A DNA stretch of 64,000 nucleotides. It comes from a virus. Taxonomy: Duplodnaviria > Caudoviricetes. Shown piece after piece: positions 47,801 through 56,600 of the stretch; the stretch's first letter is position 1, and the number at the start of each line of letters is the position of its first letter. A program made the position numbers and the translations under genes. Location of the stretch: IMG/VR virus record IMGVR_UViG_3300042885_001472; one strand, 5' to 3'. Under the pieces are notes generated by a model that worked only from the letters and a program-made list of their open reading frames with translations, did no database searches and had not been told where the DNA came from.

Positions 47801-49378
47801 TCTGTTACCGTTAATCTATTAGGTGGTAAAGAACCATTTACGTACACATTTGCTGATACTAATTCTAATTCAATATTAGGAAGTCCTTCATCACCAACAA
47901 CATCTAATTTTATATCATTCACTAATCTATTTGCTGGTTCATATCAATTAAGTGTGACCGATAAATATGGTGATAATTCATTATACAATATCAATATCAA
48001 TGAACCATTAAGTTTAATTGCTGTACCAACAAGTGTACAAAATACAACATCACCTATTTTAAGTAATGGTAGTATAGATATTAATGTATTTGGTGGTAAT
48101 CCACCTTACACATATCTTTGGTCGCCAGGTGGACAAACAACACAAGATTTGTCTGGAATTGGTGTTGGTGTTTACAATGTAACCATTAAAGATACTGCGA
48201 CACCTACTTGTAGTCAACAGACTATAACATTAACTGGGTTAACTATAGCATCACCTTCTGCGTTGAATTTTAATTATACAACAGTACCATCTAGTTGTTA
48301 TAATCAAGGTGATGCACAAATAGTGTTATCAAATATTACCGGTGGAACTTCTCCATATACAATATTTATTAATGGAACATTAACTACAAGTAGTATTGGT
48401 AATTTAACTGGTAATACTAGTGGTATACCATATACAATAACAGTTTATGACTCAACATCAGCACAAACTGTGACACAAATTGTTACTTTAACATCACCAC
48501 CTTTATTAACAGCAACAGCAGTACCTGGTACTATTTTATGTAATGGTTGTACCACTAATATTACTGTTAACCCTAATGGTGGAACATCACCATATACTTA
48601 CAAATGGAATGATTCAAATAATCAAACTACACAAACAGCCCTTAATTTATCTGAAGGTACTTATGTGTGTATGATAAAAGACGCTAAAGATTGTGAATAT
48701 AAAGTTACAACTACAATCACAGCACCACCAAAATTAGATATAAATAATGTATTTGTAACTAATGCGGTTTGCTTTAATGGCACAGCTCAAGTTAGTTTTA
48801 ATCTTGCTGGCGGTACTGGTAATTTAAGTTATGCTATATACAATGCCGCATTAAATACAACTTTAACACCGACTTGTAATAATTGTAATACACCAACAAG
48901 TACACCATGTACTTCATCTTGTGTATCATCACCTGGTACATTAGCGCAACCAATAACTAGTAATGTAACACCTGGGACTTATACATTTAATATACCGCAT
49001 ATTATGATTAGTAAACAATATTATATGGTGGTAACTGATACTAATGGTTGTAAAACTTGTACAACATTTATTGTAACATCACCACCACAATTATCTGGTT
49101 TATTTACATATAATTTAACTAATAGTATACCGTTTAAACAATATTCATTAAATATTACTGGTATAGGTGGGACTTTAACTACATCGTATACTATTAATTT
49201 ATATAATAGTGTTTTAGGTAATACTAATTGTAATCTTAGTACAACTCCAATAACACCTAATAGTTTTACACCAACAACTAAAGATTACATAAATTTAGGT
49301 AGTGGTGAATATATAATACAAATAAAAGATGATAATAATTGTCTATGGTGTAGTTCAACGTTCACTTTACCCTCATAA
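44894..49378 (+). CDS. Large Cys-rich baseplate/fibre-associated protein with SprB-type repeats
   Basis: N-terminal carboxypeptidase-regulatory-like VVVGRVVVNNGFGIPNAKISIF / TNSAGDYMIFGAPVG; C-terminal GGNPPYTYLWS and GGTSPYTYKWND repeats. Confidence 0.6.
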   Translation: MSKSIRINTTPLGNDKHLKVKIDQDFDFLEILSLKITQTEAYTKYCSDYGVVVGRVVVNNGFGIPNAKISIFIPLAEEDKSRPEINGLYPFETIYTKDYKGIRYNLLSNEPRPDDECHVAVGTFPDKRQVLDCGTTLEVFEKYYKFTTTTNSAGDYMIFGAPVGEHTIHIDVDLSDIGFISQKPYELIGQGFSKNLFASNSQFKTGQNLDVLSQIKSRNTSASVIPFWGDLEECEVGITRVDFDLNYDIIPTAIFIGNIFGDNEKNSVNKRCRPRRKLGNLCETVTGEGTIEMIRKTPEGLIEKFSVDGDNLINENGVWCYQIPMNLDKLVTDEFGNLVPSEDPEKGVPSNAKVRFRVAMNETGDTGRIRSRAKFLIPNRGLDYNFDDSTPDTEFADLRWKKVYTVRQFIARYQKYCETKVCGTKRSFIGIKDVDDCGDHTPFPYNRIDTDLNPLYSIICLIVTILMTLIELINVSLIRLLNIVIGALNAILCFICNIIYGLGQFIDSIVSAINGLIPGNGPLSFNVCNFCIGTGCCTCGSIMNYMSCISIKCDEKSFAPGCYKPSSCSLPSGCSIPSDVDKLGWCTANSGQPPENYPGDGVTNQIDCGSYNASDAHGCCGPAGSGFIPFAGAMDCIEIQLARALNVFKFDFYNDWINGSLYAFLFKYKVRRKKSKKRTVEKFCEYDCHDTYESDTDSPEHKYNKCRDNLFLVDTCVANDNNPISFNKVGIDEGIIKEHKDELYYAAMTHDTANLLYATDITCLGSAVNCDIDGRQKIVTYLVNTSYKMPPDTAELDSNNVLETTAIDPLLLSLNCFRVKVEDYNCKNIKRICEIGIGLDENRVDDTPPGVAANCNIEIFDSPITIATTEELEGEFLRNELGSCATGIYQFDCTQEQTDYNIFRGYNNPNPLGLPTENSYFYYFGINPGKSALDCAMASYFVPCKRDKQNQIPAQITTIDNTCNNQNAGSVTVNLLGGKEPFTYTFADTNSNSILGSPSSPTTSNFISFTNLFAGSYQLSVTDKYGDNSLYNININEPLSLIAVPTSVQNTTSPILSNGSIDINVFGGNPPYTYLWSPGGQTTQDLSGIGVGVYNVTIKDTATPTCSQQTITLTGLTIASPSALNFNYTTVPSSCYNQGDAQIVLSNITGGTSPYTIFINGTLTTSSIGNLTGNTSGIPYTITVYDSTSAQTVTQIVTLTSPPLLTATAVPGTILCNGCTTNITVNPNGGTSPYTYKWNDSNNQTTQTALNLSEGTYVCMIKDAKDCEYKVTTTITAPPKLDINNVFVTNAVCFNGTAQVSFNLAGGTGNLSYAIYNAALNTTLTPTCNNCNTPTSTPCTSSCVSSPGTLAQPITSNVTPGTYTFNIPHIMISKQYYMVVTDTNGCKTCTTFIVTSPPQLSGLFTYNLTNSIPFKQYSLNITGIGGTLTTSYTINLYNSVLGNTNCNLSTTPITPNSFTPTTKDYINLGSGEYIIQIKDDNNCLWCSSTFTLPS

Positions 49379-50961
49379 TGAATACTGAAAGATTATATAA
49401 AATATTAGATTCACAGATTTCAAAAAAGTCTGTGAATAAAGATTTTAATATTAACATTGGGTTAAGTAATACTAATAAACCATTACCACTCAATCAAATT
49501 GATAGTGTTGTTGATCAATCCCAAGTCTTTGAAGATGAAAGAAATGTTAGTAATTTATATAGATTTTTAGGTTCAATTAGACCATTAATATCAAATGTTT
49601 TATTTGATATCACAGGTCCGGATTCATTACAAACTATTAATAGTATTATATCTTTATCAGATGAACAATTTTCACAAGTGAATCAACTATTAATTGAACA
49701 AAATGGTTGGTTTGGTTATTTCGTTCAAAATGGTAATAATTTATGTGAATTCGTTGATTTATACCCTAAAAAAAAAGATTTATTAATTGTTAAAGATGGT
49801 GTAAAAGATAACTGGTCATTAAAGATAACTTACCCTTATACCGGTTTATCTAATACAGTTTATTTTAACGCTAATAATGATCCATTACGACCAATTTATT
49901 TAAGTGATGGTATCGCGATTAGTTCTGTTTATCAAACAAAAGTTGGTGATGTTGATATGACTGGGTTTAAAATACCAATTTCACATGGTTTAAATGTGGG
50001 TGATGAGGTTAAGATTACCGGAGGAACTTTATATGATGGTATACATACAGTGATTTTATTGGGTGATAATGTTAATAATGAGTTTATAATTAACACTTTT
50101 ATTACTGGTTCAACTAGTGGTATTACATTTACAAACGCGTCAATGAAAAGAGTGGTTAATAATGTAGAATCAAAATATTATGCGAGATACTTTAGTGCGA
50201 TCACACAAACTAATGAAATAGATTTTTATCCAACAGCGTTTAGTACAACCATTTTTGGTGATGAAGTCATAGGTTTCAATACCAATAATAATATAGATAT
50301 ATCATTATATAGGGATTATTTAGATAGACCTATTACCGAAGTATATTTAACGATGGTTAAAACAAAAACATCCTCAAATTATTGGGGTAATTTAAAAGTT
50401 GGATTAGAAACAAAAGTTGATTTAGTTAATTATGACATAAAACAAATAAATGATCAACCCTACCCATTACCTGATTTAGGTATAATTAGTTCGACTAATA
50501 ATGTTTTCTTCGGTGATATTATTGATTACAACGATGAAAATATTAGTGAGATAATATTAGAAGGGGCTAGACATAGATTCAATTCTAATAATAGAAATAC
50601 TAACTCATATTATGAGGGGTATTATTATAAACCACATTATAAAATAGTTACACAATATTATTCAAGTCAAGTGGAATATAGTGATCCTAATATACCAACT
50701 ATTAATATACCAGATTACGCTTTATTTTCTAATGGTAGATATAGATGGAGAGATATATTAACAAAGGGATACTTTGATGAAACTAATAGAGGTGTTAATT
50801 ATCCATTTTTAAATGGGGTTACATATATCCACGAGAATTATTTTTTAAGTTTAAAGCGTCAAGATCCTACACTTTCGTATGATCATGGAACTTCATCAAT
50901 TAATGGTGCGACTTGTTCAAGTACACAACAATTTACAATAAACGATAACGATGTTTGTTAA
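49378..50961 (+). CDS. Structural (baseplate-region) protein, 527 aa
   Basis: TAATG coupling; FEDERN...YRFLGSI; EGYYYKPHY; YRWRDIL. Confidence 0.5.
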   Translation: MNTERLYKILDSQISKKSVNKDFNINIGLSNTNKPLPLNQIDSVVDQSQVFEDERNVSNLYRFLGSIRPLISNVLFDITGPDSLQTINSIISLSDEQFSQVNQLLIEQNGWFGYFVQNGNNLCEFVDLYPKKKDLLIVKDGVKDNWSLKITYPYTGLSNTVYFNANNDPLRPIYLSDGIAISSVYQTKVGDVDMTGFKIPISHGLNVGDEVKITGGTLYDGIHTVILLGDNVNNEFIINTFITGSTSGITFTNASMKRVVNNVESKYYARYFSAITQTNEIDFYPTAFSTTIFGDEVIGFNTNNNIDISLYRDYLDRPITEVYLTMVKTKTSSNYWGNLKVGLETKVDLVNYDIKQINDQPYPLPDLGIISSTNNVFFGDIIDYNDENISEIILEGARHRFNSNNRNTNSYYEGYYYKPHYKIVTQYYSSQVEYSDPNIPTINIPDYALFSNGRYRWRDILTKGYFDETNRGVNYPFLNGVTYIHENYFLSLKRQDPTLSYDHGTSSINGATCSSTQQFTINDNDVC

Positions 50962-51808
50962 TAGGTATAGAATATTAGCCGGTAGTTTACCGGATACGAG
51001 TGGTACGACTATGGTAGTACCATTTTCATTAGATTTTTTTCCGGTGGATAATTCTGAATTAATCCAAACTAATTTCGTTGATATGGAGACGGAAAAAGCG
51101 ATTAACCCTATCATTGATTATGAAAAATCAAGATTTTTACCATTTGTTAGTGGGGGTACACAAATTAGTGAAATTAAATATAAATTATTTAATGGACCAG
51201 GTTCTCCACTATATTACTCTGATTTAGGGATAACAGATGATGACGTTAAATTTAGAAGAAATAGATATTTAAACACTTTTTTAAAGTTATCATTTTATGA
51301 TTCTGATGAGGTAACAAATAGTAACTTCTTATTCTCAATTGACCACTTTAGTCAATTAGGGGATGATCAAGTTGATTTAACTGGATGTCCACCAGCTAGT
51401 AGTAGTTGTACTGGACCTATTAATGTTAATTATGGTAAACCAAAAGTAGTAACTTCAATGCCAGTATCTTATTTAAGTAGTGATCCAATTTCATTACCAA
51501 AAAAAATGGCTGAAGGATATTATATTTATTGGTTATTAAAAGATGTAATAAATAAACCAAAAGATATTTATGTTAGGGCGACTTTGAATAACGCTGTAAC
51601 TGGTAAAATTACCCAATTTTATGGTGTTTTAGATTTGTACCCATTAGAATACGACTCATCTATGTTTAAGAAAAGAAATATTAAATGTAAAATTTTTAAA
51701 GACCCAGTAGATGGGATTTTTAAATATAATATTGATGACACTGATAGATCAATATCTATTAACCAATTATTAACAACAATAAATCTTTATAAATTAATTG
51801 TTAAATAA
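50951..51808 (+). CDS. Structural (baseplate-region) protein, 285 aa
   Basis: Overlapping start; KAINPIIDYEK, FLKLSFYDS motifs; operon context. Confidence 0.5.
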   Translation: MFVNRYRILAGSLPDTSGTTMVVPFSLDFFPVDNSELIQTNFVDMETEKAINPIIDYEKSRFLPFVSGGTQISEIKYKLFNGPGSPLYYSDLGITDDDVKFRRNRYLNTFLKLSFYDSDEVTNSNFLFSIDHFSQLGDDQVDLTGCPPASSSCTGPINVNYGKPKVVTSMPVSYLSSDPISLPKKMAEGYYIYWLLKDVINKPKDIYVRATLNNAVTGKITQFYGVLDLYPLEYDSSMFKKRNIKCKIFKDPVDGIFKYNIDDTDRSISINQLLTTINLYKLIVK

Positions 51809-52734
51809 TGGAAATAATAAATAGGATAGTACCTTTAGAAGATTTAATTAGTAGAAAATCACCATTAAATTTGGATGGTAAAACTATTTCATTGGGTGGT
51901 AATAATTGTATTGTTATTCAAACTAAAGATATTATTTTAGAAAACGCCATTGATATTAGTTTTAATTGGGGTGAAATTATAGCTGAATCTTTTAGTATTA
52001 ACATTTTTTTAACTCAAAACATTGATGATATTGGTATTTATAAAGATATTGATAGTGTTGATGAAACACCTGATTATAGTATATTAGAGGGTTATTATAA
52101 TTATTATTTAACTGGTCTAACTTGGACAACCCCTTTACCACATGATGTAGTATTTACAGGACCCTACACAATTGATCAAACTTTATTATATCGATTAAGA
52201 GGTCAAACAGCCGTTGACCATTATTTTAGTGGTGGTACAGTGACAGGGTTAACTAGTAGTTTAATAGATACGGTTAAAACATATAAAAAAGCTACCCCAT
52301 ATCAAGTTGGGACTAATCTTAACACAGAACCTACACAATACTTTACTGGTATATTATCTTTAACAACCGGTAGTACTAGTTATGTTTTGGACGCGTCAAT
52401 TACAGATATTTTTAATACTGGTATTCGTTATGTAGATGATAATACCAAAAGAACTGTGTATGATGATACATTTAACATTGATATTATTATAAATAAAACT
52501 ACATTTGAATATAGTGCTCTTGGGTGGGATAGTTCAAATACTTCACTTTCGGCCTTAACAAAAGAAGAGTTAGATTTAGGAATAGTTTTTCCTCACAAAA
52601 TATATAATGATGTATTTATAGATAGGAGTGAAATATCGGTAGAAGAAACTCAAATGAAGTTATCTGAAATTGATACATTAGCTCAATTAATAAGATATGG
52701 GAATAAATTTTATAACATTAAAACACAAGATTAA
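51808..52734 (+). CDS. Structural (baseplate-region) protein, 308 aa
   Basis: TAATG coupling; NDVFIDRS...LSEIDTL.QL.RYG C-terminus. Confidence 0.5.
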   Translation: MEIINRIVPLEDLISRKSPLNLDGKTISLGGNNCIVIQTKDIILENAIDISFNWGEIIAESFSINIFLTQNIDDIGIYKDIDSVDETPDYSILEGYYNYYLTGLTWTTPLPHDVVFTGPYTIDQTLLYRLRGQTAVDHYFSGGTVTGLTSSLIDTVKTYKKATPYQVGTNLNTEPTQYFTGILSLTTGSTSYVLDASITDIFNTGIRYVDDNTKRTVYDDTFNIDIIINKTTFEYSALGWDSSNTSLSALTKEELDLGIVFPHKIYNDVFIDRSEISVEETQMKLSEIDTLAQLIRYGNKFYNIKTQD

Positions 52735-52737
52735 GTA

Positions 52738-53649
52738 ATGGCAACAGGCGTATATGGAACAATAAGACCAACAGATGTATCACCAAATGATATGGAAATT
52801 TACTATCATTATAGTCCATCTAGATCTACAACTGGTAATGTGGATTTAATTAAAATTAGTGACCCTAATGAAATTATTAAGAAAGTTGATGATCCTAGTA
52901 ACCCTGGACAAATTTTTGGTGGGATGTATACACTTACATTACCAACAACTATTTTTAATTTAAAGGGGATTTATAGTATTATTATTAGACCAAAACAAAT
53001 TAAGACTACTATAATGGATTGTGGAATTTTATCCGCGTTTCCAGATATAAAAGGTATTGTTCTTGATTCTAGTACAATTTTACCGGAAGATATTAGTAAG
53101 TTTGAAAACCAAGGTTTAGTTGGATTTAGGGTAGAGTACTTATCAACGAATCCTACCGCTAATGAGAAGAAAGTTCAAAATGTATTTAGAATTGTTACAT
53201 CAAATAACAAATGTGAACCAGTTTTAGGTAATCAGAATAATACATCACAAAAATCAACTACATATAGATTTAACGATAATTCAACAACCGTATTTTGTAC
53301 ATTAACACCTAGCTCAGCTCCAAATGTAAAACCAAACGCTTTACCATTTATTGGTGTTCCAGGTCAAAAAGTTATTATAACTAATACTTTTTTCAATCCA
53401 GTTATGATTGAAATTGAGATGGTTGAAAATGATTTTGATACATTAGCTAATGGGTTATTTGGTAATCAAACTAAATCAGACGCTGATGGTGTTTATACCA
53501 TTTACAATAATAGTAATGAAATTTATAAACAATATAATCTTTTTGAAATTAAAGATGAATTCGGTAAACCACTTTATGAAGTTAGAGAGGAGAGAACTAA
53601 TATTGATTTCACAAAAGACTTTAATCAAATTATTACCGGTGTTCAATAA
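52738..53649 (+). CDS. Conserved-looking structural protein, 303 aa
   Basis: MATGVYGTIRP; GMYTLTLP; LVGFRVEY; FFNPVMIEIEMVE; YKQYNLFEIKD. Confidence 0.55.
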   Translation: MATGVYGTIRPTDVSPNDMEIYYHYSPSRSTTGNVDLIKISDPNEIIKKVDDPSNPGQIFGGMYTLTLPTTIFNLKGIYSIIIRPKQIKTTIMDCGILSAFPDIKGIVLDSSTILPEDISKFENQGLVGFRVEYLSTNPTANEKKVQNVFRIVTSNNKCEPVLGNQNNTSQKSTTYRFNDNSTTVFCTLTPSSAPNVKPNALPFIGVPGQKVIITNTFFNPVMIEIEMVENDFDTLANGLFGNQTKSDADGVYTIYNNSNEIYKQYNLFEIKDEFGKPLYEVREERTNIDFTKDFNQIITGVQ

Positions 53650-56600
53650 TGGCGACAAAATATAAAGTAATTGGGAATAATTTTAATGAATCGTTAGTTG
53701 GATTACAATTCGCAGCTGAAAATGGAACACCCTTGTTTACCATAGGTAATTTTCAGTTAGAAACAACACTTACTGAAAAAGAGAATAAAACTTATAATAT
53801 AGGTGAGGCTTCTGATTATTATACTTTAACTGATTTAGGTGAAACAACTCAGGAAGATAATACATTAAGAAAAAATAAGACAAGATTAAATTTAAACCCA
53901 GATTATACAAATCCTAAAAGTTATTCGTATTTTGGTTCTATTAAAGAATATTTTAGGGTTAATGTTGAAGGTATTATACAACAATGGCCAGCGTCAATTT
54001 ATGTTGACAAAGTTTTTAATAATACAACCGGTAACACCGTAGAAAATTATACTTATAATCCAATATTAAAAAAATCTAATTTTAAAGTTAATAATAATTA
54101 CTTTAATAATACCTTTGATATTAAATATACTAGTCAATATACTACTAGTAGTAATCTTGATAATAAGTTAAGAAATTTAAATGTTGAATATGGTAGATAT
54201 ACAATTTTTTATGAAGGTATAGAATACCCTATTACAAATTTTACTGGATCAACATTATTCTCAAATGATTATGTTTATTTTGAGGTTGATGGGAATCCAT
54301 TTCCATTAGTTACAGGAACAACATTGTCGAGTAATTATCATATCAAACCTAATAGTGTTGAAGTAGAAACTTTCTTTTCATCATTATCAGATTTATCTTA
54401 TGAATTATTAAATAGGTATGTAGTACCGGTGAATACAATTAAGTTTACTTACATTAGTGAATCAACCGGTGGACCATTTGACGTTGTTGTTAATAGGGAA
54501 TACACTTGGCCAGTAGTTGATGGTTATAATATTGACATAACCACAACTTTATTTGATACCTATTTAACATCAATTTATGAGTTTTGTGATTATTTTGATG
54601 AGAATGACACTAACATTATGAATAGAATGTTGGTAGCTGATTCTATTAATAAGTTAAATACTATTAGAAGAGGTGATGGTAGTGAAGATGAGAATGACGC
54701 TGAAAAGGTATCTAAATTAATTAATATCTACGCTAGAGAATTTGATGAAGTAAAAAAATATATGGATGGGATTTCTACTATTAGAAATGTCACTTATAAT
54801 AAAAACGCTAATACACCGGATAGTTTAGTTAAAGATGTGGCTAAAACATTTGGTTGGGAATTATTAACACCAATGTCAGATGTTAATTTAATATCAAGTT
54901 TTATTCCAACTAAATCTGTATACTCTGGTTATACTATAAATTATTCAAAATATGATGCTGAAGTAGAATTTTGGAGAAGACTAATTATGAATACCACCCA
55001 CTTATGGAAAAGTAAGGGTAGTAGAAAAGCGATAGAATTTTTATTTCAATATATTGGATCACCAGAACAGTTAGTTAGTTTTAATGAATATGTCTATGTC
55101 GCTAAAAAACCACTTAATGTTGAATTATTTAAAGTAATTATAAAACAACTTACAGGTACTGATGATATTAGTATATATAATTTAGATGAAGAAGGTTTCC
55201 CTAAAATATTACCAGAAACTCCATACAATTATTACCAATCAAATGGTTTATGGTATAGAGAGACTAGTGGTAATAACGCGGGTATAGATATATTAGATGG
55301 TAATAATCCACATACTGGTCCGTATGACGCGGGTAAAAATTATTTAAACCAATTTAGGTCATTAATCGGATCATTTAGTTCTTATACACAAAATAATGGT
55401 TCTACAATTAGAATCACTAATGAGTATATTGAATTTAGTAATTTATTTAAAAACTATTCCAATGGATTAATTAATGATTATTCTGGACAAGTTTATTTAG
55501 AAGATTATAATGTGGATGGGAAACCAAATTTATGTTTTAGTGTTAGTGGTACAGTAATTACTGACCCTGACCCTCAGTATGTTTTAGGTATATGTGGTTG
55601 TCCAATTGGTGTTAGTGATCACGCTTTAATGTTAGGTTTCAAAAAAGAAACTACTTTAAAACCTTGTGTGGTACAAAGTACTGGTGAAACTGTATCAATG
55701 GGTAGATGTCAATTTGAATATCAAACAATAACTAATGAACCACCAATTATATTATTTTCTAGTACAACTAACTCATCGGTATCATTAGTGGCGAGGGAAT
55801 GTTGTACATCAACAGTGATACCATTAAAGGGTAATGTTCAAACATCACCACCAACATGGATTAGTGTTGGGGAGGGTTTGGGTTATTGTTATTGGGATAA
55901 AACTTGTGGCGAATTAACTATATACGCTGTTGATGATGATAATAAAATTATTTTTATTAATGGTAATGGTATTATTGGTACTACTAGTGCTGAGTTACAA
56001 CAAAATGAAGGTGGAATTTTTAATTGTTGTAGTTATTTTGGTGGTACTTATGACTCAAAATCTGATACTTGTAATTTAAGTATAGTAACAACTACTACTG
56101 ATAGTACTACCGGTGCGACATGTCAATTAAACATTATAAAAGATATTAATGATGATATAATTTTAAACACTGATGGCACAGTTTCTTTTACTGATGGTCA
56201 AGGTGGTATCGTAGCTGGTAATTTAGAATGTTGTAGATACAATAGTACAAATATAACACCACTAACTTTTTGTGGTGGAAATTGTTATTGGAGTAATCCA
56301 TCAAAAGATTGTGATTACTATAATGATATTAAAGTTACTCTCGGTGTTGACGGGTCTGATGGTATTTATATACTATCTGGTTCAAATGAAAATTGTTATT
56401 TTCAAGTTGAATTTGATATGTTAATAAATTTTGATTGTACAAATTTATTAAATTGTATTGGTAATAATAGTATATTGGAAAGTTTAAGTGCGTTTACGAT
56501 TGACGCTACCGTGGAGTCTGCCACTGGGACTACCCCAACCACATTACAAGTATTTCCAGCTTATCAGTTCAATATAGATAATAAACCAACCGGTATTTAT

